DNA of 64,000 bases from Acholeplasmataceae bacterium (GTDB lineage Bacteria > Bacillota_I > Bacilli_A > Acholeplasmatales > Acholeplasmataceae), in NCBI GenBank assembly GCA_963667565.1, contig OY763415.1:1632001-1696000 (forward strand), read 5' to 3'. A program made the translations under genes and the position numbers. The notes beneath the pieces are model-generated. The model was not told the origin of the DNA and searched no databases. It saw nothing but the letters and a program-made list of their open reading frames with translations. Positions 49,609 through 58,339 of this stretch are shown piece after piece. Every line of letters starts with the position of its first letter. Position 1 is the first letter of the stretch.

Positions 49609-50360
49609 AAACGATCTTCCATTTCACGAATACAAGATTCATATCCTATTTCTTTGATTTTTTTTAACAAAACATCGGGGTTACCTGAACATTTGATTTT
49701 CCCTTGATCCATGATATGAGCCTTATCAATATTCAAATAGTCTAAAATTTGACCACTATGCGTAATAATGATGCCTGATGTCATTGAATTTTCTTTTTTT
49801 GAAAGTAATTCTTGTAGTAAATTTCCAATGAGATTCAATGCTTCAATATCAATTCCAGAATCAGGTTCGTCCATCATAGAAAAAACAGGTCTCATCGTTA
49901 ATAGTTGAAGTAATTCAACTCTTTTAATTTCACCTCCGGATAAATTCACATTTATGGATCGTTTAAGAAATTCTTTTGTTTGTGTTTTTGATGTTAAGGC
50001 ATGAAGCATGTGTTCTGGTTCAGGGTTATCTCTTAACATAAATTCTAAAATATCTTTAAGTTTAACACCAGAAATGCTTGGTGGTCTTTGTTGAGCAATT
50101 GCGATACCTATTTGAGCACGTTCGGGGATACTTAATTCATTAATATTTTCCCCCTTATAAAGAATTTCACCTGAAACAATATGATATTTTGAAAAACCCA
50201 TAATTGTTTGAATTAATGTTGTTTTTCCACTACCATTTTTTCCTAATAATGCATGAACTTCCCCTTCGGGAATTACCAAATTAAGATCATTAAGTATTTG
50301 TTTCCCATCGACACTTACGCATAGATCTTTGATTTCAAGTATATTTTTATAATGATTCAT
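49605..50360 (-). CDS. sufC: SufC-like Fe-S assembly ABC ATPase
   Basis: GKNGSGKT; NVNLSGGEIKR; DEPDSGIDI; IITH. Confidence 0.85.
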   Translation of the reverse strand: MNHYKNILEIKDLCVSVDGKQILNDLNLVIPEGEVHALLGKNGSGKTTLIQTIMGFSKYHIVSGEILYKGENINELSIPERAQIGIAIAQQRPPSISGVKLKDILEFMLRDNPEPEHMLHALTSKTQTKEFLKRSINVNLSGGEIKRVELLQLLTMRPVFSMMDEPDSGIDIEALNLIGNLLQELLSKKENSMTSGIIITHSGQILDYLNIDKAHIMDQGKIKCSGNPDVLLKKIKEIGYESCIREMEDRL

Positions 50361-50503
50361 TTTTTCACCTTCTTTACAATTAGTGTAGTCCTAAAAAATG
50401 TAGAATGCACGTGATGTTATAAAAAAAATTTTCATGATAAAATCATGGTTTTTAAATATATAGTTACCCAATTTCATTTGATCATTCATTTTTATAGAAT
50501 CAC

Positions 50504-50532
50504 TTGACAAAACATTCTTAATTTGATAAATT
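50504..50532 (+). promoter_or_regulatory. Sigma70-type promoter of the feo operon
   Basis: TTGACA-17-TAAATT with an extended TG. Confidence 0.55.
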
Positions 50533-50562
50533 CAAAATAAGACGCAATGGAGGAAATAGAAT

Positions 50563-50790
50563 ATGGTTGAAAAATTAAGCGCATGTAAAAAAAATATCCA
50601 CTATAAAATAGTTGGTATTGAAGGAAATGAAGAAACAAATCGCTTTTTTAAACATGTTGGTATACATGTAAACGATGTGATTACATTGGTAAATATATTA
50701 AACCAGCACTACATTATATATTCAAAAGGTAGTCGCTATGCAATGGAGAAAATTCTAGCTTCTAGTCTTTTAGTTGAGCAATATGATTAA
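50563..50790 (+). CDS. feoA: Ferrous iron transport protein A
   Basis: 75 aa SH3-like FeoA pattern (KGSRYAM); directly upstream of feoB. Confidence 0.8.
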   Translation: MVEKLSACKKNIHYKIVGIEGNEETNRFFKHVGIHVNDVITLVNILNQHYIIYSKGSRYAMEKILASSLLVEQYD

Positions 50791-51286
50791 TATTGCAATA
50801 GTAGGTAATCCCAATAGTGGTAAAACAACAATATTTAATTACTTAACAGGTCAAAATGAACGCGTAGGTAATTGGATGGGGGTAACTGTTGAAGCAAAAA
50901 TCGGGAAATTAAGAAGGCGATTAAATAAGACCAATAAAAAAATTTCCATCATTGATTTACCAGGTACATATACAATGGATGGTTATACAAAAGATGAAAT
51001 AATTGCTATTGATTATATCAAATCGCATCAAATCGATGGCATTTTAAATGTTATAGATATAGGTCAACTTGAACGCAGTTTAGTATTTACGCTAGAGTTG
51101 ATACAGTTAAACAAACCAATAGTTATTGCACTCAATAAATACGATATTGCCCAAAAAGAAGATATGGATATTGATGTGATTAAATTAGAAGAAGTTTTAA
51201 ATCAAAAAATTATTTATACACAAGCAGTAAGAAAAAAAGGACTTGAGCACGTCCTTAATCATTTATTAGATAAGGTTGGAATATAA
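50783..51286 (+). CDS. feoB: FeoB N-terminal GTPase domain as a separate ORF
   Basis: G1 GNPNSGKT; GNWMGVTVE; DLPGTY; NKYD; stop at 51286. Confidence 0.85.
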   Translation: MINIAIVGNPNSGKTTIFNYLTGQNERVGNWMGVTVEAKIGKLRRRLNKTNKKISIIDLPGTYTMDGYTKDEIIAIDYIKSHQIDGILNVIDIGQLERSLVFTLELIQLNKPIVIALNKYDIAQKEDMDIDVIKLEEVLNQKIIYTQAVRKKGLEHVLNHLLDKVGI

Positions 51287-51288
51287 GT

Positions 51289-52710
51289 ATGCAAGAAAAA
51301 AATGTAGATAAAGCAAAAAAAATATCCGAACTAGTCATCAAGAAGCAAAAAGAATTTAAGCCAAATAAAACTGATAAGATAGATCGAATAATGATGAATC
51401 CTATTTTAGGATTATTCATTTTTGCAGCAATCATGTTTGTTGTATTTATCATTTCTCAAACATATGTTGGCCCTTGGTTTTCAGATTATTTAATGATAGG
51501 TATTGATTGGATTGCAGGTTTAATTGAATCTTGGTTGGGACAAATGAACACCTCAGTATTTTTTACTGATCTCATTTTAGAAGGTGTCATTGGCGGATTT
51601 GCAGCAGTCATAGGATTTTTACCACTTATTATGGTTTTATTTTTCTTTTTACAATTGCTTGAAGATTCTGGATATATGGCAAGAGTCGCAGTTGTAATGG
51701 ATAGATATTTTAAAAAAATAGGACTTGCTGGTAAGTCAATTATACCTATGTATGTTGGTACAGCTTGTAGCATACCAGCCATTATGTCAAGTAGAACCAT
51801 TAAAAATGAAAAGCAAAGAAAATTAACTGTACTTTTAACACCATTTGTTCCATGTGGAGCAAAGTTACCTGTAATCGCATTATTTATAACAGTATTTTTT
51901 GGCGGTAGCGGTTTTATGACTGGTATGACTTATTTTCTTGCTATTTTAGTCATACTAGTCAGTGGTTTTACGATGAAATTCATTTTAAATGCCAAATTAG
52001 AGGAAAGATCATTTGATCAATATCACTTCATTGAATTACCAAATTATAGTATGCCATCCATTAAAAGAGCATTACGCGTGATGCTTGATCGTGCATGGGA
52101 ATTCATTAAAAAAGCAGGAACCATTATTGTTTTAATGAATGGTATAGTTTGGCTTCTTTCTAATTTTAACTTTAGTTTTGTTCTTGTAGATACGCCTAAT
52201 GAATCTATGTTGCAAGCTATTAGTAAACCATTGGCATTTTTATTGACTCCATTGGGATTTGGTGTATGGGGACTTGCTGCAGCTGCTATTTTAGGATTTA
52301 TTGCAAAAGAAGAAGTTGTTGGGGCATTAGCCATTATTTTTGCATTTGGAGTAACAGATGATTTTAGTGTTGAAAATATCAGTTTGACAAAAGAAATATT
52401 GATGACAACTGGTGGATTAACTGCAGTTAGTGCATATGCTTATATGGCATTTCAATTATTTACACCACCATGCTTTGCCGCTATAGGCGCAATGAATACG
52501 GAATTAGGTTCTAGAAAAATGACAGCATTCGCTGTACTATTCCAATTAGCAATGGGTTATGTCATTGCAATGATTATCTATCAATTGGGAACATTGATTT
52601 TTTATCATCAATTCGGGCAAGGGTTTATTGTGAGTTTATTTATATGTTTGGCCATTGTAGTATCGTATTTAATGATTAAAGTAAAAAGGATGAAAACGTT
52701 ACATGGGTAA
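51289..52710 (+). CDS. feoB: FeoB membrane domain as a separate ORF
   Basis: LEDSGYMAR; CSIPAIMSSRTI; PCGAKLP; AKEEVV; PPCFA. Confidence 0.9.
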   Translation: MQEKNVDKAKKISELVIKKQKEFKPNKTDKIDRIMMNPILGLFIFAAIMFVVFIISQTYVGPWFSDYLMIGIDWIAGLIESWLGQMNTSVFFTDLILEGVIGGFAAVIGFLPLIMVLFFFLQLLEDSGYMARVAVVMDRYFKKIGLAGKSIIPMYVGTACSIPAIMSSRTIKNEKQRKLTVLLTPFVPCGAKLPVIALFITVFFGGSGFMTGMTYFLAILVILVSGFTMKFILNAKLEERSFDQYHFIELPNYSMPSIKRALRVMLDRAWEFIKKAGTIIVLMNGIVWLLSNFNFSFVLVDTPNESMLQAISKPLAFLLTPLGFGVWGLAAAAILGFIAKEEVVGALAIIFAFGVTDDFSVENISLTKEILMTTGGLTAVSAYAYMAFQLFTPPCFAAIGAMNTELGSRKMTAFAVLFQLAMGYVIAMIIYQLGTLIFYHQFGQGFIVSLFICLAIVVSYLMIKVKRMKTLHG

Positions 52711-52915
52711 TATAGTCAGTTTTATCATTTTATTCTCATTATACGGTTCTATTTCATACCACTTATTTAAAGGATTTAAGAAAAATGGACATTTATGCAC
52801 ATGTAAATCATGTCCTGTAAGCAAAATTATGAATAAAGATGGTAAAATAGACTTGTTATTTGCTGTTGAGCAAATGGAGAAAGAGGTCAATGATGAAAGT
52901 GGATACGGTACTTAA
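52703..52915 (+). CDS. FeoB-associated Cys-rich small membrane protein
   Basis: N-terminal TM followed by CTCKSCP. Confidence 0.65.
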   Translation: MGNIVSFIILFSLYGSISYHLFKGFKKNGHLCTCKSCPVSKIMNKDGKIDLLFAVEQMEKEVNDESGYGT

Positions 52916-53375
52916 GAAACTTAAAAATCAAAATTTCCGACTCACAAAAGCAAGAATTGATTTGATACAATTGTTAGCAGAAAAGCCTATGAATATACAT
53001 ATGTTAGAGCAAAGCATGAAGTCGCTTGGACATCCAAACATTCAAACCATATATAACAATATTAATTTTCTATTAGACCAAAATATTATTTTTGTTATCT
53101 TAGAAAATCAAGATAAAACATATCATTTAGTTGATTCAGATGATGAAGTAACAACGAATATCAATATGAAATGTCATGCAAGTCAAGCATCTTTTCATAT
53201 AAGCAATCCAAAAGCGATTGAAGTGATTAGAAAAACTTTAGATTTAGGAAAGTTTGAAATTAACCATTTGGATATCACTATACAAGGACAATGTCATGCA
53301 ATTGATGAAGATCATTGTGAAATACAAGATACATGTATACTGAAAGAAATTGCACAAAGATATATATCAAATTAA
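52890..53375 (+). CDS. Fur-family transcriptional regulator
   Basis: FRLTKAR; TIYNNI; H.L.I.GQC; Cys residues; last gene of the feo operon. Confidence 0.75.
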   Translation: MMKVDTVLKKLKNQNFRLTKARIDLIQLLAEKPMNIHMLEQSMKSLGHPNIQTIYNNINFLLDQNIIFVILENQDKTYHLVDSDDEVTTNINMKCHASQASFHISNPKAIEVIRKTLDLGKFEINHLDITIQGQCHAIDEDHCEIQDTCILKEIAQRYISN

Positions 53376-53414
53376 CATCTATAAAAAATTAATAAATATT
53401 TTAATTAAATTTAG

Positions 53415-53454
53415 AAAACTCTCCATAACCTATGTGTATGGAGATGTTTTTTTA
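53415..53454 (+). terminator. Intrinsic terminator
   Basis: aaaactctccata...tatggagatgttttt. Confidence 0.65.
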
Positions 53455-53490
53455 TGGTATCATAAAATAAAACCAAGAACGAGGTGTCAT

Positions 53491-54057
53491 ATGGATTATT
53501 TATATTATGGTGGAATTGCTGCTGGTGTTATTTTAGTTATATTTATCATTGTTAAATTAACAAAGAAAAAAAGCGATTCAGATGAATTATTTGTTAAGAT
53601 TGGTGAATCTAATCCAGATAAAAACTATTATGTATTATCAGATATTTCTTTTCATGATGGTATCAGAAATGCCAAGATTGATCAACTCATCATCAATGAA
53701 TCTGGATTACATGCTATTATAGAATTTCCATATCAAGGCAAGATTACAGGACATAAAGATCAAGATATATGGACATATGAAGATAAAGGTGTTACTGATA
53801 GTTTTAAGAATCCAATGCTGGTTGTTAATAATGTCAAATTATCCATTGATAAAGTTTTAAAAAAGGATTTACCTGTTTATACTTATTGTGTATTTCCTGA
53901 AAAAGGAGAATTGCCTAACAACAGAAAACAAATGGGTTTGATATTTGATGATGAATTAAAAGTTGAAGTAAATAGACGTATGAAATCAAAGAAGAAGATA
54001 TCAGTAAGAGATGTTAAGCAGGCATTTGAGTTATTTAATCAAATGAAAGAAAGATAA
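53491..54057 (+). CDS. Membrane-anchored NERD-like protein (degenerate)
   Basis: N-terminal TM; KIDQLII..GL..IE..YQG.I.G; FKNP; RBS gaggtg. Confidence 0.7.
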   Translation: MDYLYYGGIAAGVILVIFIIVKLTKKKSDSDELFVKIGESNPDKNYYVLSDISFHDGIRNAKIDQLIINESGLHAIIEFPYQGKITGHKDQDIWTYEDKGVTDSFKNPMLVVNNVKLSIDKVLKKDLPVYTYCVFPEKGELPNNRKQMGLIFDDELKVEVNRRMKSKKKISVRDVKQAFELFNQMKER

Positions 54058-54058
54058 A

Positions 54059-54130
54059 GGATTGGAATCCCCCTATCTCTACCATATTGAAAGCATTAGT
54101 CTGATACAATTAGGTATCAGGCTTTTTTTG
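54059..54130 (+). mobile_element. Putative att-site remnant (tmRNA/tRNA-Ala-like 3' end) plus hairpin, at the left edge of the defence island
   Basis: ggattggaatccccctatctctacca resembles a T-arm/acceptor end ..TTCGAATCCC..ATCTCCACCA; followed by agtctgatac-N6-gtatcaggct and a T-run. Confidence 0.45.
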
Positions 54131-54377
54131 CGCTATATAGGGGCTTTTCGGACTTTTTCAAATGTGCTTTCTACTTAAAATGCATCTAAAAAAGCAGTGA
54201 AAATAGGTATGCAAAAGAACTTTCACACGATTACATTGAAAATAACACGATTATCAATATCTTATTTTGCTCGTTTGAGAAAAAATATCAAATACCATTA
54301 ATTTATTTATAATATCTTATATTTTTTTATCAAAAGTGCTATAATAATGTTAATAATATGAAAAGGAGATAGATCCT

Positions 54378-54578
54378 ATGATATATTCAGAAAAAATCAA
54401 GTTGCTTAGGGAAAAGATGTTTGTTTCTCAAAAGGAACTTGCAGAGATAATTGGGGTTTCTTTTGTTTCTGTAAATCGTTGGGAAACAGGGAAGTTTAAT
54501 CCGACAATTAAGGCTAAGAAAAAGCTACATGAATTATTTATAAAAAACAAAATCGACCTAGAGGGGGATACAAAATGA
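54378..54578 (+). CDS. XRE/Cro HTH regulator (controller-like) coupled to hsdM
   Basis: SQKELA..IGVSFVSVNRWETG; ATGA overlap with hsdM. Confidence 0.85.
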   Translation: MIYSEKIKLLREKMFVSQKELAEIIGVSFVSVNRWETGKFNPTIKAKKKLHELFIKNKIDLEGDTK

Positions 54579-56077
54579 TTACAGGAGATTTAAGAAATAA
54601 GATTGATAATATTTGGGAGACGTTTTGGACAGGTGGATTAGCTAATCCACTATCAGTTATTGAACAAGTTACATATCTTCTATTTATTAAGCTACTTGAC
54701 GATAATCAAGTTAAGAAAGAACGTAATGCACAGGTTTTGGGAGTTGAATCTAAAAATCTAATATTTAAATCTGGTAATTATGTTGATGAGAAAGAAAATA
54801 TTAATGAGCCATATATTAACTTAAGATGGAGCCATTTTAAGAATTTTGAGCCACAAGAATTATTTAATACAGTTAAAGACAAAGTGTTTCCTTTCATCAA
54901 ACAAATTAATAACGGGAAGGATACGGCATTTTCAAGATATATGAAAGATGCTGTATTTATGGTGCCAACACCAAGAGTATTATTAAAAGTAGTTGATGGA
55001 TTGGATGCACTAGATCTTAATAATAAAGACATCATGGGAGATGTCTATGAATATTTACTTGCTAAAATAGCATCTAGTGGTACCAATGGTCAATTTAGAA
55101 CACCGAGACACATCATTCGAATGATGGTAGAACTTATGAAGCCAACATTAAATGATGTCATAGTTGATCCAGCAATGGGTAGTGCTGGATTTGTTGTAGA
55201 GTCAGCTAGATACATTCATGAACATTATTCAAAGGAATTATTAAAAGCTGAACACCAAGAAAAATTTACTACAACAATGTTTAGTGGTTATGATACTGAT
55301 CAAACGATGCTTCGTATTGGTGCGATGAACATGATGCTTCATGGTGTTGATCAGCCAGATATTAAATATCAAGATTCGCTTTCAGAAGAAAATACAGCAG
55401 CAAATAAGTTTTCTTTAATCTTAGCCAATCCACCTTTCAAAGGTAGTTTAGATTATGAAGCTGTATCTAAAGATTTACTAGCAGTAACAAAAACAAAGAA
55501 AACTGAATTATTATTTTTAGCTGTAATGCTAAGAATGTTAAAAGTTGGCGGAAGAGCAGCTTCCATTGTTCCAGATGGAATCCTTTTTGGCTCTAGTAAT
55601 GCCCATAAAGCAATTAGAAAAGAACTTGTGGACAATCAAAAACTTGTCGCAGTTATTTCTATGCCTAGTGGTGTATTTAAACCATATGCTGGAGTTTCAA
55701 CAGCTATTATTATATTTACTAAAACAAACACAGGTGGAACAGATAAAGTTTGGTTTTATAATATGGAAGCAGATGGATTTACATTAGATGATAAGCGTAA
55801 TCCTATTGAAAATAATGACATAGAAGATATTATCAATAGATTCCATCATTTAGATCAAGAAGCAACTAGAACCAGACTTGAAAAATCTTTCTTTGTAGAT
55901 AAAAAAGACATAATTGATAATGATTATGACTTATCGATTAATAAGTATATAGAAACTGAATATGAAAAAGTAGAATATGACTCACCATCAGTCATTTTGG
56001 GTAGAATAGATACTTTGGATGAAGAGATTGAAGCATTTAAAAAAGAACTCAAATCTCTTCTAAATTTAGATTTGTAG
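54575..56077 (+). CDS. hsdM: Type I R-M methyltransferase subunit
   Basis: GQFRTPRHI; DPAMGSAGF; NPPF. Confidence 0.96.
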   Translation: MITGDLRNKIDNIWETFWTGGLANPLSVIEQVTYLLFIKLLDDNQVKKERNAQVLGVESKNLIFKSGNYVDEKENINEPYINLRWSHFKNFEPQELFNTVKDKVFPFIKQINNGKDTAFSRYMKDAVFMVPTPRVLLKVVDGLDALDLNNKDIMGDVYEYLLAKIASSGTNGQFRTPRHIIRMMVELMKPTLNDVIVDPAMGSAGFVVESARYIHEHYSKELLKAEHQEKFTTTMFSGYDTDQTMLRIGAMNMMLHGVDQPDIKYQDSLSEENTAANKFSLILANPPFKGSLDYEAVSKDLLAVTKTKKTELLFLAVMLRMLKVGGRAASIVPDGILFGSSNAHKAIRKELVDNQKLVAVISMPSGVFKPYAGVSTAIIIFTKTNTGGTDKVWFYNMEADGFTLDDKRNPIENNDIEDIINRFHHLDQEATRTRLEKSFFVDKKDIIDNDYDLSINKYIETEYEKVEYDSPSVILGRIDTLDEEIEAFKKELKSLLNLDL

Positions 56078-56079
56078 GG
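56061..56079 (+). repeat. Recombination-site candidate A1 (TAAAT-TTAG-ATTTG), overlapping the hsdM stop
   Basis: aaatttagatttgtaggg is identical to 58314-58331. Confidence 0.8.
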
Positions 56080-56086
56080 CAATCAT

Positions 56087-57286
56087 ATGATAAAAGATAT
56101 GGTTAAAAACTACTCAGAACAAATAAGAGGTGTATCTTATAAGGGTAGTGATTTACACGATTCCTTAAGTGAACAGTCAGTAGTTTTGCTAAGAGCGAAC
56201 AATATTTCCGAAAATGAGATTAATTTTGATAGTGTTGTTTATGTTGATAAATCTCGAGTTTCAGCGAAACAATACCTTCGTAAAGGTGATATAGTTGTTT
56301 GCGCATCGAGCGGAAGTAAGAATTTGGTAGGTAAAGCAGCACAAGTTAATTTTGATAAGGAAGTTACTTTTGGTGCATTTTTGAAGGTTGTAAGACCACA
56401 GAATATATTGAATGAATACTTAGGGTACTATTTTCTGAGTGATTCTTATAGAAAAACCATTTCTTCAATATCTGAAGGTGCAAATATAAACAACATTAGA
56501 AATGAACATATCGATAATTTGCCTATTGAAATTGTTAATGACAAAGAGCAACAAGAAAGATCTGGTATTTTAGAAAAAGTATATCGAATTATTAAGCATA
56601 AGAAAGAACAGCTTATAGATTATGATCAACTTATCAAATCCCGATTTGTTGAGATGTTTGGAGAGCCAATTATTAATGATAAAAACTGGAAACAAGTTAA
56701 GTTAAAAAAATTAGCACTCAAAATCATGAGTGGTAACACGCCTAAAGGTGGAAGTCAAGTTTATGTTGATGATGGGATATTGTTTTTCAGAAGCCAAAAT
56801 GTTTGGAAGAATAAAATTGAGATAGATGATATTGCATATATTGATGAAGAAACACACAGAAAAATGTCTAGGAGTAGTTTAAAACATAAAGATATATTAA
56901 TGACAAAAACCGGCAGAATTAATACTGAAAATAGTAGTTTGGGAAGAGCTGCAATGTACTTAGGAGCAGATGATAAAGCTAATATTAATGGACATGTCTA
57001 CTTGATTAGGCTAAATGAAATAGCAGCGAAAGAATTTGTATTATTCATCATAACTACAAATGAATATCGTGATTATATTCGAAGTGTTTGCGTCGGAGGA
57101 ATAGATAAACGACAGTTAAACAAAGATCATATTGAAGATTTTCCAATAATATTACCACCAAGAAGTATGCAAGACGACTTTGTTAAATTGATAAACCAGG
57201 TCGACAAATTGAAATTTGAAGTTCAGAAATCTTTAGATGAAACTCAGATGCTATTTGATTCCTTAATGCAAGAATATTTTGGTTAA
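56087..57286 (+). CDS. hsdS: Type I R-M specificity subunit, complete (expressed position)
   Basis: Two TRDs; central conserved YDQLIKSRFVEMFG; distal QVDKLKFEVQKSLDETQMLFDSLMQEYFG. Confidence 0.93.
   Translation: MIKDMVKNYSEQIRGVSYKGSDLHDSLSEQSVVLLRANNISENEINFDSVVYVDKSRVSAKQYLRKGDIVVCASSGSKNLVGKAAQVNFDKEVTFGAFLKVVRPQNILNEYLGYYFLSDSYRKTISSISEGANINNIRNEHIDNLPIEIVNDKEQQERSGILEKVYRIIKHKKEQLIDYDQLIKSRFVEMFGEPIINDKNWKQVKLKKLALKIMSGNTPKGGSQVYVDDGILFFRSQNVWKNKIEIDDIAYIDEETHRKMSRSSLKHKDILMTKTGRINTENSSLGRAAMYLGADDKANINGHVYLIRLNEIAAKEFVLFIITTNEYRDYIRSVCVGGIDKRQLNKDHIEDFPIILPPRSMQDDFVKLINQVDKLKFEVQKSLDETQMLFDSLMQEYFG
56621..56661 (+). repeat. Recombination-site candidate B1 (CAAAT-CCCG-ATTTG)
   Basis: 40/41 identical to 58862-58902. 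Confidence 0.85.
57200..57221 (+). repeat. Recombination-site candidate C1 (CAAAT-TGAA-ATTTG)
   Basis: gtcgacaaattgaaatttgaag is identical to 59399-59420. Confidence 0.85.
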
Positions 57287-57332
57287 TGAATTAAATGTTT
57301 GATATACTTTTCTATAAAAAGGAGTGTATCAA

Positions 57333-58301
57333 ATGCAAAATCAAATAGAAATTATCTTAAATGACATGAGTGATTGTTTAAGCATCACTCAAATGAAACA
57401 ATTACAAGAAACTTTAGTAAAAAGGCTCGAGTATGAAACTTTTGAAGAAGAAATCATGGAAAATAATGGATATCTAATTATGTTTTTATCAGCTAAACAA
57501 GTAGAAGGGTGTTCTAAAAGAACAATCGATTATTATCAATCAACAATAGCAAAGATGCTAAATATTATAGATATTCCAATTAGGAAGATAACAACTGAAA
57601 CAATTAGAGAATATTTAAAAGAATATCAAGCTATAAATGATTGTAGTAAGTTGACAATCGATAACATTAGACGAAATCTATCAAGTTTCTTTTCGTGGTT
57701 AGAGGAAGAAAATCACATTTTAAAGAATCCAATCAAAAGGATTAAAAAAATAAAAGCAGGCATGACTGTTAAAGAAATAATATCAGATGAAAAAATAGAG
57801 ATCATGAGGGATGCATGTACGTGTAGCAGGGATCTTGCAATAATCGATATGCTATATTCAACAGGAATTAGAGTAGGTGAGCTAGTTAATCTAGACATTA
57901 ATGATATCAACTTTCATGAGAGAGAATGTGTGGTTTACGGGAAAGGCGATAAAGAGAGAAGAGTTTATTTTGATGCAAAGACAAAATTACATTTGGAAAA
58001 GTATATAAGTGAAAGAAATGATTCTTCACAAGCTTTGTTTGTTACCTTGAACAAACCATATAATAGACTTCAAATAAGTGGAGTTGAGATTCGAATAAGG
58101 AATCACGGAAGAAGTTTAGGCTATGAAAATATACATCCACACAAATTTAGAAGAACAATGGCAACTAGAGCTATAGATAAAGGGATGCCAATTGAACAAG
58201 TCCAACAACTGCTAGGACATCAACAAATTGATACAACGATGAAATATGCGATGGTTAACCAAAACAATGTGAAAATCTCACATAAAAAGTTTATTGGCTG
58301 A
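57333..58301 (+). CDS. Tyrosine recombinase/integrase (hsdS-associated)
   Basis: TGIRVGE; GKGDKER; HPHKFRR; LLGH; TTMKY, so the catalytic R-K-H-R-H-Y set is intact. Confidence 0.95.
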   Translation: MQNQIEIILNDMSDCLSITQMKQLQETLVKRLEYETFEEEIMENNGYLIMFLSAKQVEGCSKRTIDYYQSTIAKMLNIIDIPIRKITTETIREYLKEYQAINDCSKLTIDNIRRNLSSFFSWLEEENHILKNPIKRIKKIKAGMTVKEIISDEKIEIMRDACTCSRDLAIIDMLYSTGIRVGELVNLDINDINFHERECVVYGKGDKERRVYFDAKTKLHLEKYISERNDSSQALFVTLNKPYNRLQISGVEIRIRNHGRSLGYENIHPHKFRRTMATRAIDKGMPIEQVQQLLGHQQIDTTMKYAMVNQNNVKISHKKFIG

Positions 58302-58312
58302 TACGCTTCTTA

Positions 58313-58331
58313 CAAATTTAGATTTGTAGGG
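58313..58331 (+). repeat. Recombination-site candidate A2 (CAAAT-TTAG-ATTTG)
   Basis: Copy of the hsdM 3' end placed before hsdS2; palindromic tacaaat/atttgta. Confidence 0.8.
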
Positions 58332-58339
58332 ATGAAATT

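Noticed and set aside
54040..54090. Intact tRNA or tmRNA gene
   Set aside because: Only a degenerate 3' end is present; the upstream sequence is protein-coding and cannot form a cloverleaf.
57333..58301. Integron integrase or prophage integrase
   Set aside because: No attC-like cassette array or phage genes; the position between hsdS genes and their repeats explains it better.
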